Of a stretch of 64,000 bases of DNA, positions 30,471 through 40,478 are shown piece by piece. This DNA comes from an uncultured delta proteobacterium. Lineage in GTDB: Bacteria > Desulfobacterota > Binatia > DP-6. The notes beneath the pieces are model-generated. The model saw nothing but the letters and a program-made list of their open reading frames with translations. It was not told the origin of the DNA and searched no databases. A program made the position numbers and the translations under genes. The stretch spans positions 224,001 through 288,000 of the forward strand of contig CAWFFN010000008.1 of assembly GCA_963815115.1 (NCBI GenBank). Reading direction: 5' to 3'. How positions within the stretch are numbered: the stretch's first letter is position 1; each line of letters opens with the position of its first letter.

Positions 30471-31708
30471 CGCAGGCCCAGCTGCTCGAGAGGCAGCGGG
30501 CGGCCGAGCACACCATCCCAGTGCCCGCGCGCGCAGGCCTCGACCTCCGCGGTGAGCCCCTGCTCGCGCGCCCGCCGGACGTCACGCGGCAGCTCCCGCA
30601 GCAGGGCGGCCGGCGCATGCCACAGCGCGCGCAGCGCCTGCCGCAGGGTGGGGCGGCGATCACCCCGGGCGCCGACCGCCTCGAGGCAGTAGCGCGACAG
30701 GGCGCCATGGTACGAGAGCAGGCCGAGCTTCAGCTCTTCCTCGCGATCGACCACCACGGCGAGCATCTCGAGCGGCAGGTTGTAGAGCGTCGAGCCCGCG
30801 AAGTAGAGCGTGTGCGCGACGCCGGCGTGGTGGCGGATGAAGCGCACGGAGTTGCGCGCGCCGAGATAGGTGCGGACGGGATTCCACTGCAGCGGGATCG
30901 GATTCGGCAGCGACGTCTTCTCCTGCGCCGGCCGGGACCGTGCGGGCCGCTGCACGTCGGTGCTGCGCGAGTAGTGGTGCCAGACGCGCGAGTACGGCTG
31001 GTAGTAGATGTAGTATCCGGCCTTGCGGGCGCGCAGGCACCAGTCGATCTCCTCGTGGTACGCGAAGTACGACTCGTCGAGCAGGCCGACGCGCGCCAGC
31101 GCGTCGCCGGCGACCAGCATGCTGCAGCCGATGCCCGCGTCGACGCGGCGCAGCTGGTCGTAGCCCTCGCCGGGCAGTGCGTTGACGCCACGGCGGCGGT
31201 GGAGGCCGAAGCCGAAGTGGATGTCGGACCAGGCCTGCTGCAGCACCTGGGGCGAGTCGAGGCGCATGATCGCGCTCGACACCGCCGCGGCCCGCGGATC
31301 GCCGTTCAGCACCTCGAGCAGCGGCGCGAGGAAGTCGGCGGCGACGACCGTGTCGTTGTTCAGCAGCAGGATGGCGCCCGCGCCGCCGTCGAGCGCCGCG
31401 CGCATGCCGGCGTTGTTGCCGCCCGCGTAGCCGCGATTCTCCTCCAGCGCCAGGAGGCGGACCTGCGGGAAGCGCGCGGCGATGGCGTCGACCGAGCCGT
31501 CACGCGAGCCGTTGTCGACGACCCAGACGGTCGCGCCCTCGAGCGCGGCGCCGGTCAGGCTCTCCAGGCACGCGAGGGTGACGTCGCGGCCGTTCCAGTT
31601 GAGCACGATGATGGCGACGTCGGCGGGCGTGAGCCGGCGGTTCGGGCCCGGCGGCGCGGAGCCGATGAGCGGGGCCAGGAGCCGGCGCACACGGGGACGA
31701 AGTTGCAT
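30467..31708 (-). CDS. GT2 glycosyltransferase (WbbL/RfbF-like)
   Basis: Same motifs as its neighbour; tandem paralog. Confidence 0.93.
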   Translation of the reverse strand: MQLRPRVRRLLAPLIGSAPPGPNRRLTPADVAIIVLNWNGRDVTLACLESLTGAALEGATVWVVDNGSRDGSVDAIAARFPQVRLLALEENRGYAGGNNAGMRAALDGGAGAILLLNNDTVVAADFLAPLLEVLNGDPRAAAVSSAIMRLDSPQVLQQAWSDIHFGFGLHRRRGVNALPGEGYDQLRRVDAGIGCSMLVAGDALARVGLLDESYFAYHEEIDWCLRARKAGYYIYYQPYSRVWHHYSRSTDVQRPARSRPAQEKTSLPNPIPLQWNPVRTYLGARNSVRFIRHHAGVAHTLYFAGSTLYNLPLEMLAVVVDREEELKLGLLSYHGALSRYCLEAVGARGDRRPTLRQALRALWHAPAALLRELPRDVRRAREQGLTAEVEACARGHWDGVLGRPLPLEQLGLR

Positions 31709-31725
31709 GGGTCGAGCGCCGGCGA

Positions 31726-31754
31726 ATCGTAGTCGGCGCCTCCCCGGGGGTCAA
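31726..31754 (-). promoter_or_regulatory. Putative sigma70 promoter for the GT2 pair
   Basis: TTGACC-N17-TACGAT on the minus strand. Confidence 0.5.
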
Positions 31755-31844
31755 CGTTCGGGCGCGCTCGGCAGCCGCGCGGTTGCCGCCCTCGACCGTC
31801 CCCTGGTATAGCCCCCGATCTCACCGGCCACCCGCCGTCCCCGC

Positions 31845-32603
31845 ATGCGCTCCAGAAGCTGGCAACTCACCGTCCAATTCGCCCTCAAGGACTTCAAGAT
31901 CCGCTATACCCACTCGGTCCTGGGCTACGCCTGGTCGGTCCTCAACCCGCTGGTCTTCGCGGTCATCTACTACCTGGTCTTCTCCGTCTTCATCCGCTTC
32001 GACGTGCCCAACTATCCCGGCTTCCTCCTCCTCGGCATCGTGCTGTGGAACTTCTTCTCCGAGGGCTCCTCGAACGGGGTGGCTGCCCTGCTCGCGCGCG
32101 GCGCGATCCTCACCAAGGTGGCGATGCCGCGCCACGTGGTGGTGTTCGCGGCCATCCTGAACGCGCTGCTCACGTTCGCCATCAGCCTCGCCATCCTCGG
32201 CGTCCTGCTCTGGGTCACGGGCACGCCGCTGACTCCCGCCGCCATCGCCTTTCCGGTGCTGCTCGTCGACCTCGTCCTGGTCACGCTCGGGATCGCGCTC
32301 TTCCTCGCCCCGCTCCACGTGCGCTATCACGACGTGGGCTATCTCTGGGGAGTCGCGGTGCAGGTGGGATTCTGGCTCACGCCGATCATCTATCAGGAGG
32401 TGATGATCCCGGAGCGCTGGCGCTGGCTCATGACCTACAATCCGCTGGCGCGCATCATCCTCTACAGCCGCCAGGCCGTCATCTACGGCGTCTGGCCCGA
32501 CCGCGTCGGGGTGCTGAAGACGTCGCTCGTCGCCGTCCTCATCCTGGTGGGCGGCTGGGCGATGTTCCAGCGCCAGCAGGCGCGGCTCGTCGAGCACTTC
32601 TGA
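31845..32603 (+). CDS. wzm: ABC-2 polysaccharide/polyol-phosphate export permease
   Basis: KIRY..SVLGYAWSVLNP, TPIIY and YNPLA. Confidence 0.92.
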   Translation: MRSRSWQLTVQFALKDFKIRYTHSVLGYAWSVLNPLVFAVIYYLVFSVFIRFDVPNYPGFLLLGIVLWNFFSEGSSNGVAALLARGAILTKVAMPRHVVVFAAILNALLTFAISLAILGVLLWVTGTPLTPAAIAFPVLLVDLVLVTLGIALFLAPLHVRYHDVGYLWGVAVQVGFWLTPIIYQEVMIPERWRWLMTYNPLARIILYSRQAVIYGVWPDRVGVLKTSLVAVLILVGGWAMFQRQQARLVEHF

Positions 32604-32605
32604 CC

Positions 32606-33838
32606 GTGAACGCCATCGAGGTCTGCAACGTCTCCAAGACGTTCCGCATCCCGCACGAGCGCCACACGACGCTCGCGGAGCGGCTGCTGGGGCTCTTCCG
32701 TCCGAACGACGTCGAGGTGCTGCACGCCCTGCAGGACGTGAGCCTCGAGGTGCCGTCGGGCTCGTTCGTCGGCGTCATCGGCTCCAACGGCTCCGGCAAG
32801 TCGACGCTCCTCAAGATCATCGCCGGCCTGCTCGTCCCCGACGACGGGCAGGTGCGCGTGAACGGCACCCTGGTCCCCCTCCTCGAGCTCGGGCTCGGCT
32901 TCCATCAGGAGCTCACCGTCCGCGAGAACGTGGCGCTCTACGGCGCCGTGCTCGGGTATTCGCCGCGCTCGATGGCCCGGCGCATCGAGGAGGTGGTGGC
33001 CTTCGCCGGCCTCGAGCGCTTCCAGGACGCGAAGCTGAAGAGCCTGTCCTCGGGGATGACGGTGCGCCTCGCCTTCGCCACGGCGCTGAGGGCGGACGCC
33101 GACATGCTGCTGCTCGACGAGGTGATGGCGGTCGGCGACGCGCAGTTCCAGCGCAAGTGCATCGAGGTCTTCGAGGGCCTCAAGCGCCAGCGCAAGACGA
33201 TCGTGCTCGTCAGCCACGACCTGGCGTCGGTGCAGCGCTTCTGCGACCGCGTCTTCTGGCTGGACAGGGGCCGGCTGGTGATGGCGGGCGAGAGCGCGGA
33301 GGTGATCCAGACCTACCTCGCCGTGTCGCAGAGCTCCCCGACGGACGTGCCCGCGCTCGACAGCAGCGAGGCGTCCGAGCACCGCTGGGGCGACGGGCGC
33401 CTGCGCTTCGTGCACATCACGCTGACCGACGACGAGGGCCGGTCCGTCACCCAGATACGTCCCTGGACGCGCCTGGCGGTCGGCGTTCGCCTCAGCGCCC
33501 GCGCCGCCATCGACCCGCCGGTCCTCGGCTTCATCGTCTGGCTCGGCGGGCAGCTCGTGTACTCGACCAACTCGCGCCAGCTGGAGTTCGACCCGGGCGC
33601 CTTCGCTGCCGGCGAGGAGCGCGAGGTCGTGATGCACTTCACGGCAGCCCTGGGCGTCGGCCGCTACACGATCACCCTCGCCGCCGCCAACGAACGCGAG
33701 GGCGTGGTCTACGACTGGGTGAACCACGCCAGCGGCTTCCTCGTCGTCGGCGCCACCAGCGACGGGATCGTCGACCTGGGCGCCGAGTTCAGCGTCGGCG
33801 CGAGCCGCATCCGGTCGCACGGCGAGGGCAAGGCATGA
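32606..33838 (+). CDS. wzt: Polysaccharide export ABC ATPase with C-terminal Wzt_C domain
   Basis: GSNGSGKST, SSGM..RLAF, LDEVMAVGD..FQRKC and a C-terminal beta domain starting RWGDG. Confidence 0.93.
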   Translation: MNAIEVCNVSKTFRIPHERHTTLAERLLGLFRPNDVEVLHALQDVSLEVPSGSFVGVIGSNGSGKSTLLKIIAGLLVPDDGQVRVNGTLVPLLELGLGFHQELTVRENVALYGAVLGYSPRSMARRIEEVVAFAGLERFQDAKLKSLSSGMTVRLAFATALRADADMLLLDEVMAVGDAQFQRKCIEVFEGLKRQRKTIVLVSHDLASVQRFCDRVFWLDRGRLVMAGESAEVIQTYLAVSQSSPTDVPALDSSEASEHRWGDGRLRFVHITLTDDEGRSVTQIRPWTRLAVGVRLSARAAIDPPVLGFIVWLGGQLVYSTNSRQLEFDPGAFAAGEEREVVMHFTAALGVGRYTITLAAANEREGVVYDWVNHASGFLVVGATSDGIVDLGAEFSVGASRIRSHGEGKA

Positions 33839-34848
33839 GCCAGACCCCGACGCCCGCCCTGCCCCGCGTCGTCGTGCTCGTCCTCACCTGGAACCGGGTC
33901 GACGAGCTCGTCCCGTGCCTCGAGAGCTTCGCCTGCAACGACTATCCCAGCACCGAGGTCGTGGTCATCGACAACGGATCCGAGGACGAGAGCGCGGCGA
34001 CCGTGAAGCGCGACTTCCCGTGGGTGACGCTGATCGAGAACGGCGAGAACCTCGGCTTCTGCCGCGGCAACAACGTCGGCATGCGCTACGCCATGGGGCG
34101 GGACTACGACTACGTGATGCTGCTCAACAGCGATACCAAGATGCTGCCCACGCTCATCCGCGAGCTGGTGAGCGTCATGGAGGGCGACCCCGCGATCGGC
34201 ATCACCGGCGCGAAGAACCTCCTCATGGAGAACCCGGACTACACCTGGGGCAAGTACGGCGTGGTCACCTGGGGGCCGATGCTGGTGCGCACGATCGGTC
34301 GCTTCGTGCCCGACGACAAGCGCGGCGATCCCCCGCAGGACGTGGACTGGGTGATCGGCAACGCGTGCATGATGCGGCGCGCGGCGCTCGAGCGCGTCGG
34401 CCTGTTCGACGAGGAGTTCTGGCAGTGCAACGAGGACGTCGACTGGTGCTACCGGGCACGTGCGGCGGGCTACCGCGTGGTGTACGTCGATCGCGCCGCG
34501 ATCCTGCACAAGGGCGGGTCGAGCGCCGACCTGAGCCAGAAGAAGGTCTTCTCCTACGGCTACTTCATCGGGCGGAACGCCTTCACCTTCGCCCGCAAGC
34601 ACGGCAACTTCTTCCAGCGGGTGAAGCTCTTCCTCACCATGACCACCGGCGTCCTCGGCCGCATCACCTTCTTCACCCTCGACAACGCCAAGCACGCCAT
34701 CCTCGGGCAGCGCGCGTTCGTCCGCGGCATGCTCGACGGCATGCGCGGCCGGCTGAGCCCCGAGGAGATCACGGTCCAGATGCCGGCGCGCACCGGGCAC
34801 CTGCGCCAGGGGTACCGGGCGCGGGTCAAGCGCTGGCTGGGGGTGTGA
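33835..34848 (+). CDS. GT2 glycosyltransferase
   Basis: VLTWN, IDNGSED, NLGFCRGNN, LLNSD and EDVDW. Confidence 0.93.
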   Translation: MSQTPTPALPRVVVLVLTWNRVDELVPCLESFACNDYPSTEVVVIDNGSEDESAATVKRDFPWVTLIENGENLGFCRGNNVGMRYAMGRDYDYVMLLNSDTKMLPTLIRELVSVMEGDPAIGITGAKNLLMENPDYTWGKYGVVTWGPMLVRTIGRFVPDDKRGDPPQDVDWVIGNACMMRRAALERVGLFDEEFWQCNEDVDWCYRARAAGYRVVYVDRAAILHKGGSSADLSQKKVFSYGYFIGRNAFTFARKHGNFFQRVKLFLTMTTGVLGRITFFTLDNAKHAILGQRAFVRGMLDGMRGRLSPEEITVQMPARTGHLRQGYRARVKRWLGV

Positions 34849-35009
34849 GGGGCGTCGTGCCCGGGGCCGGGGACCGTCGCTCGCTCGCGGTCCTCGGTGC
34901 ACGCGCGCCGGCGTAGGTCGGGGCGTCCCCCCGATGGCCGCGGGCGCGCGCGGCACCTGCGGGCTCGCTCGTCGACGGCCCCCGGCCCCGCGGGCCCCGC
35001 CGTACCGTA

Positions 35010-36440
35010 CTAGTCGGCGTAGCCGAGCGCGCGCAGGCGCGCGCGCTGGGCGTCGTCGAGCGGCACGGTCTCCGCCGTCGTGCTGGCGCTCGCAGCAAAC
35101 ACGCCGAGTCGCTCCGCGAGCCGGGCGCGCAACACCGGCGTCTCCGCGGCGAGGGCCGGAGGGTCCTGGCGTGTCTCCCGGGGATCGTGGCGTAGATCGT
35201 AGGCCTCGGGGCGGCCGCCGAGCGGCCCCATGAGGACTTTGAGGCCGTCGTGGAGCAGCCCCGCCGCATGGCGCCTGGTGTCGACGCCGCGCCCGGTGGG
35301 CAGCAGCTCGAGGACGACGTCGTGCGACGAGCCTGGGGTGGGGGCGAGGTCGCCGAGGAGCGACCGCCCCTCGAACCGCGGCTCCGGGGGCAGCCCGACC
35401 ACGTCCAGGACCGTCGGGGCGATGTCCACGATCGAGACCGGGTCGGTGACGACGCGACCTGCGGGCACACCGGTCCCCACCAGGAGGAGGGGGATGCGAA
35501 CGCTCTCCTCGTAGAGCGTCGTGCCGTGCATCAACCCGCCATGCTCGCGGAACTCCTCGCCGTGATCCCCGACCACGACGATGGTCGCGTGATCGAGCAC
35601 GCCCCGCGCGCGCAGGCGCCGGAACAGGCGGGCGAGTCGCGCGTCGAGACCGGCCACCTCGGCGTCGTAGAGCGAGGCCAGGTATGCCACCTCGTCCTCG
35701 GAGAGCTCACTCGTGCGGCCGCCCTCGACGAGCGTCGCGCTGATCGCCGCTTCGCTCGACCCGGGGGGCGGTGGGCCGACCCGGCCACGACGCGCCGTTG
35801 CGGGCGGGTCGTAGGGTGCGTGGGGTTCCATGAAATGGAGGTAGAGGAAGAGCGGCCGCCTCGTCCACCGACTCCAGGCTCCTGGCACCATCCTCCGGTC
35901 GTAGAAGCGGATGGTGTCCTGCGCGATCCGGTGCGCACGCACCTTCCGAGCCGACACGTGCGGGAACCAGGCGTCGAATCCCTGGCCGAACCCGAGCGCC
36001 CCGAGCAGGCGGAAGTTGCCGACCATCCCGACGCAACGGTAGCCCGACGCGTGCAGCCGCTCGGCGAGCGTGACCTCCTCGTCCGCCAGCCGGGAATCGA
36101 AGCGCGCCACACGGTGCTGGGAGGGATAGCGCGACGTGAAGAGGCTCGCCACGGCGGGGTTCGTCCACGACGAGGTCGAGTAGGCGTTCGTGAAGAGCGT
36201 GCCGGATGCCGCCAGCGAGTCGAGAAACGGCGTGAGGCCGGGCGTGCCGCCGGCGGCGCTCAGGCGGTCGGCGCGCAGCGTGTCGACGAGCACGACGACG
36301 ATGTCGGGGGAGCGACGTCGGCAGCCGCCGAGAATGAGCACCGCCACGATGGCGAGCCCCAGTGCCCTGCGACGCGAGCAGCGAGGGGACCGGGCCGGTG
36401 CACCGGAGTGCCCGCCACCGTTCTCGGGAGGGCGCGCCAT
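35010..36440 (-). CDS. Sulfatase-like (alkaline phosphatase superfamily) lipoprotein
   Basis: Lipobox-like LGGC, VDTLRAD, SWTNPAVASLFT, HFMEPH, GDHGE, HG and C-terminal LRALGY. Confidence 0.88.
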   Translation of the reverse strand: MARPPENGGGHSGAPARSPRCSRRRALGLAIVAVLILGGCRRRSPDIVVVLVDTLRADRLSAAGGTPGLTPFLDSLAASGTLFTNAYSTSSWTNPAVASLFTSRYPSQHRVARFDSRLADEEVTLAERLHASGYRCVGMVGNFRLLGALGFGQGFDAWFPHVSARKVRAHRIAQDTIRFYDRRMVPGAWSRWTRRPLFLYLHFMEPHAPYDPPATARRGRVGPPPPGSSEAAISATLVEGGRTSELSEDEVAYLASLYDAEVAGLDARLARLFRRLRARGVLDHATIVVVGDHGEEFREHGGLMHGTTLYEESVRIPLLLVGTGVPAGRVVTDPVSIVDIAPTVLDVVGLPPEPRFEGRSLLGDLAPTPGSSHDVVLELLPTGRGVDTRRHAAGLLHDGLKVLMGPLGGRPEAYDLRHDPRETRQDPPALAAETPVLRARLAERLGVFAASASTTAETVPLDDAQRARLRALGYAD

Positions 36441-37840
36441 CAGTCGGCGTAGCCGAGCGCGCGGAGGCGTGCCCGCTCGGCCTCGTCGAGCGACCCCCGC
36501 TCGGCGACACCGGTCTGCGCCGCGAGGGCGTCCTGGCGTGCGGCCAGCCGGGCCTCGAGCGCGGCCGCCTGTGCCGCGATCGCGGGTGGAGGATCGGAGC
36601 GTGCCTCGTGCGGATCGTCGCGCAGGTCGTAGAGCTCGGGCGACCGGCCCGAGCCCGCGGGCGGCACCAGCAGCTTCACGCCCTCGTGCACCAGGCCCGC
36701 GGCGTGGGTGCGAAGGTCGAAGCGCTGCCCGGTCGGCAGGAGCTGGAGCAAGACGTCGGCGGGTTCGCCGCCGCCGAGGTGGGACATGAGCGACCGTCCC
36801 TCGAAGCGCGGCTCGGGGGGCAGGCCGAGCAGCTCGAGCACGGTGGGCGCCACGTCGAGTAGCGAGACCTGATCGGTGACGACCCGGCCGGCCGGCAATC
36901 CGGGGCCGGTGATGAAGAGCGGGATGCGCACGCTCTCCTGGTAGAGCGTGTTGCCGTGCTGCAGGCCGCCGTGCTCGCGAAACTCCTCCCCGTGATCGGC
37001 GGTGACGACGACGATCGCGCGATCGAGGAGACCCCGCGCCCTGAGGCCGTCGAAGAGGCGCGCGAGCCGCGAATCGAGCGCCGCCACCTCGGCGTCGTAG
37101 AGCGCGCGCAGTCGTTCCACCTCCGCCGGCGAGAGCTCGAACCAGCGCTTGATGTCGACCAGCTTCGCGTTGGCCTCCGCGTCGTCGACGCCCGGCGGCG
37201 GCGGCCCGGCCACCCGCCGCCGCACGTGCAGCGGCGGGTCGTAGGGCGCGTGCGGCTCCATGAAGTGGAGATAGATCAGCATCGGCCGGCGCCGCCGGGT
37301 CCACCTGGTGTGCCGGTACGGGGCGAAGAACTGGTCGTAGTAGGCGAAGGTGTCCTGGGTCACGCGCTTCGCCGACACCTTGCCCACGAGGAGGCCCTCG
37401 CCGAGATGGGAGTTCCAGACCTCGAATCCCTGCGCGAAGCCGAAGCGCTCGAAGAGGCGGAAGTTCCCGACCACGCCCAGGCTGCGGTAGCCCGCGCCGT
37501 GCAGCCGGTCGGCGAGCGTCACCTCGTCGTCGGCGAGGACCGAGTCGTACTGCACGACGTGATGCTGGGAGGGGTAGCGCGAGGTGAAGAGGCTGGCGAC
37601 CGCCGGGTTGGTCCAGGACGTCGGCGAGTAGGCGTTCGAGAAGACCACTCCGGTGGCGGCCAGGGAGTCGAGGAAGGGCGTCAGCCCCTTCCGCTCGCCG
37701 CCCGCCGCGAGGCGATCCGCACGCAGCGTGTCGACCAGGATGACGATGACGTCGGGCGGCGAGCGGGTGCAACCCGCGGCGCCGGCGAGCACGAGCGCCG
37801 CGGCGATCCACCCGACCTGCCGCCGAGCACGGCCCAGCAT
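36440..37840 (-). CDS. Sulfatase-like lipoprotein (tandem paralog)
   Basis: Lipobox AAGC and the same motifs as its neighbour. Confidence 0.88.
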   Translation of the reverse strand: MLGRARRQVGWIAAALVLAGAAGCTRSPPDVIVILVDTLRADRLAAGGERKGLTPFLDSLAATGVVFSNAYSPTSWTNPAVASLFTSRYPSQHHVVQYDSVLADDEVTLADRLHGAGYRSLGVVGNFRLFERFGFAQGFEVWNSHLGEGLLVGKVSAKRVTQDTFAYYDQFFAPYRHTRWTRRRRPMLIYLHFMEPHAPYDPPLHVRRRVAGPPPPGVDDAEANAKLVDIKRWFELSPAEVERLRALYDAEVAALDSRLARLFDGLRARGLLDRAIVVVTADHGEEFREHGGLQHGNTLYQESVRIPLFITGPGLPAGRVVTDQVSLLDVAPTVLELLGLPPEPRFEGRSLMSHLGGGEPADVLLQLLPTGQRFDLRTHAAGLVHEGVKLLVPPAGSGRSPELYDLRDDPHEARSDPPPAIAAQAAALEARLAARQDALAAQTGVAERGSLDEAERARLRALGYAD

Positions 37841-37851
37841 CGTTCCGGTGC

Positions 37852-38739
37852 TCAACGTCCGGGCGATGCCACGGACGCGGCCGAGCGGCGGCCCATGTAG
37901 TCCTCCAGCGCATCGCGCCAGGGGCGCATCCGATCCAGGCCCGCGTGGGCGAGGGCGGCGTTCTCGAGCACGGAGTAGAAGGGGCGCCGCACCGGCGCCG
38001 CGTGCTCCTTGACCGAGGTGGCGGTGAGGGGCGTCGCAAGGCGACCCAGGTCGAAGATGGCGCGCGCGAACTCGTACCACGAGCAGCTCCCCTGGTTGGT
38101 GGCGTGGTAGAGTCCCGGCTCGCCTTCGAGCGCCAGCACGCGGATCTGCGCCGCCAGATCGGCGGTGAAGGTCGGCGTCAGGATCTCGTCGTCGACCACC
38201 CGGACCTCGGGCTGCTGCGCCGCCACGCGGTACATCGTGTCGATGAAGTTGCCGCCCTTCGCCCGGCAGGGACGGATGCCGTAGAGCCCCGAGGAGCGCA
38301 CGACCTGGTGCTCCCCGCCGCAGCCGAGCACCTCGTGCTCGCCCGCCAGCTTCGACACGCCGTAGACGTTGAGCGGCATCGGACGGTCGGTCTCCACGTA
38401 GGGCGCCCGCTTCGCGCCGTCGAAGACGTAGTCCGTGCTCACGTGGACCAGGCGCGCGCCGAGCTCCGTGCACGTCCGGGCCAGACGCCGTACGGCCACG
38501 GCGTTGAGCGCGTAGGCCCGCTCGGGCTCGGTCTCGCATCGCGGCACGTTGTGGAATGCGGCCGTGTTGACGACCACGTCGGGGCGCAGCGCGCCCAGCA
38601 CGCGGCCGACCGCGACCTCGTCGCCGATGTCCATGTCCTCGTGCGCGAGGCCGTGGACGCGCGCGCCGCCCGCGGTGAAGGCTTCCACGAGGTCGCTGCC
38701 GAGCTGGCCCGTGCTGCCGACGACGGCGACGGCGGTCAG
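37852..38739 (-). CDS. rmlD: dTDP-4-dehydrorhamnose reductase, probable CTG start
   Basis: GSTGQLG, VNTAA, HVSTDYVFDG, YGVSKLAGE and RP.YS.L. Confidence 0.92.
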   Translation of the reverse strand: MTAVAVVGSTGQLGSDLVEAFTAGGARVHGLAHEDMDIGDEVAVGRVLGALRPDVVVNTAAFHNVPRCETEPERAYALNAVAVRRLARTCTELGARLVHVSTDYVFDGAKRAPYVETDRPMPLNVYGVSKLAGEHEVLGCGGEHQVVRSSGLYGIRPCRAKGGNFIDTMYRVAAQQPEVRVVDDEILTPTFTADLAAQIRVLALEGEPGLYHATNQGSCSWYEFARAIFDLGRLATPLTATSVKEHAAPVRRPFYSVLENAALAHAGLDRMRPWRDALEDYMGRRSAASVASPGR

Positions 38740-39758
38740 AACACGCCCCCGATGCGCTTGAGCGTCTGCTCCATGTCGCTGAGCAGCGTCATCCACTCGA
38801 TGTTGTAGTAGCGCGGGCTGTAGAGATCCATCTGGTGGTGCTCGTCGATCTGACGGACCATGTGCTCGACCGCTTCCTTCACCCCGACCAGCGGCTTGAC
38901 GCCGAGCACCGTCTGGATGCGCTCGCCGCTCACCCGGTACGAGCGCGTCTTGTAGGTCGTGTAGTCGACCTCGATCTCGACCTTCTTCGAGGGCCTGAGG
39001 GCCTCGCGCACCCAGTGCGCGAGCTCGAGGATGCGGTAGTTCTTCCCCACCACGTTGAAGATCTTGCCGTGCACCCGGTCCTCGGCTGCCTCGACGCACG
39101 CGATGTAGACCCGTGCCAGGTCGGTGACGTCGACCAGCGGCCGCCACATCTCGCCGCCGCAGTGCACGGTGAGGGTTCCCTTGGCGAGGGCGTCGCGCAC
39201 GAAGGTGTTGACCACCAGGTCGTAGCGCATGCGCGGGCTCCAGCCGTACACCGTCCCCTGGCGCAGGATCACCGGACAGAAGCGATCGTCCGCCAGCCCG
39301 AGCAGGATCTGCTCGGCCTCGTGGTTCGACACCGCGTAGGCGGCGCGCGGCTTCACCTCCGAGTCCTCGTCGCGGAGAAAGTCGGGGGCGTAGAACCCGA
39401 GGTCGTAGATCGAGCAGGTGGAGGCGTTGATGAAGCGCTTGATGCCCTTCGCCTTGCACGCCCGCGCGACCACCTCGGTGCCCGCGGTGTTGATCTCCTC
39501 GTTGGCCTTCGGGTTGAACTCCGCCGTCGGGTCGTTCGACAGCCCCGCCAGGTGAAGCACCGCGTCGCAGCCCTCGAGCACGGCGGGATCGAAGGTGCGG
39601 ATGTCGCCCTGCACCAGCTCGATCTTGTCGCGCACCTCGGCGAGCCCGTCCTCGCCGAAATACAGCTTGTCGAACACGCGCACCGCCTCGCCCTTGTCGA
39701 GGAGCTGCCGCACCGCGACGCAACCGATGTAACCTGCTCCGCCTGTGACGAGAATCAT
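38736..39758 (-). CDS. NAD-dependent epimerase/dehydratase (extended SDR)
   Basis: TGGAGYIG, HLAGLSNDP and GWSPRMRYDLVVN. Confidence 0.92.
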   Translation of the reverse strand: MILVTGGAGYIGCVAVRQLLDKGEAVRVFDKLYFGEDGLAEVRDKIELVQGDIRTFDPAVLEGCDAVLHLAGLSNDPTAEFNPKANEEINTAGTEVVARACKAKGIKRFINASTCSIYDLGFYAPDFLRDEDSEVKPRAAYAVSNHEAEQILLGLADDRFCPVILRQGTVYGWSPRMRYDLVVNTFVRDALAKGTLTVHCGGEMWRPLVDVTDLARVYIACVEAAEDRVHGKIFNVVGKNYRILELAHWVREALRPSKKVEIEVDYTTYKTRSYRVSGERIQTVLGVKPLVGVKEAVEHMVRQIDEHHQMDLYSPRYYNIEWMTLLSDMEQTLKRIGGVF

Positions 39759-39883
39759 GTGTGCTCCTCAGTGGCGCGTCGGGGGCGTGCGGGAAATTCG
39801 CAGCGGGGTTCGCGAGGCACGGTGCGCGCGTGGTTTGACTCCGCGCGGTGCGGACTAATACCATCGCGTGCTCGGAGGTTGCA

Positions 39884-40450
39884 ATGTTGGTGGAGCCCGA
39901 GCAGATGCCTGGCGTGCAGGTGCTGGCCGCGAAGCACTTCCCCGACGAGCGGGGGTTTCTCGTGCAGTCGTGGGTGCGCCAGGACCTCGAGGCGCTCGGC
40001 ATCCCGTCGGATTTCAAGCAGGCCATCCAGACGGTCTCGCATCGCGGCGTCGTGCGCGGGCTGCACTTCCAGTGGGATCCCCCGATGGGCAAGTTCGTGC
40101 GCTGCCTGCGCGGCGCCATCCTCGACGTCGTGGTGGACGTCCGGCACGGCTCGCCGCGCCTGGGCGACCACGTGGCCGTCGAGCTGACCGGTCGCAACCA
40201 CCGCATCATCTGGGTCCCTCCCGGCTTCGCGCACGGGACGTTCGCGCTCGAGGACGAGACCATCGTCCTCTACGAGTGCACCGGCGAGCACGGACCGGGG
40301 CGCGAGGGCGGCATCCTGTGGGACGATCCCGCGCTCGGCATCGCGTGGCCGGACCTGCAGCCGATCGTCTCGGACAAGGATCGGGTGGCCCCGACGCTGC
40401 GGGCCTGGCTCGAGGACCCGCGGTCGCGGCACTTCCGCTTCGAGGGGTAG
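39884..40450 (+). CDS. rmlC: dTDP-4-dehydrorhamnose 3,5-epimerase
   Basis: DERGF, VRGLHFQ, DVVVDVR.GSP and VPPGFAHG. GGAGG RBS. Confidence 0.95.
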   Translation: MLVEPEQMPGVQVLAAKHFPDERGFLVQSWVRQDLEALGIPSDFKQAIQTVSHRGVVRGLHFQWDPPMGKFVRCLRGAILDVVVDVRHGSPRLGDHVAVELTGRNHRIIWVPPGFAHGTFALEDETIVLYECTGEHGPGREGGILWDDPALGIAWPDLQPIVSDKDRVAPTLRAWLEDPRSRHFRFEG

Positions 40451-40478
40451 CGGAACGCCGGTCTCGGCCGACGCGCGC

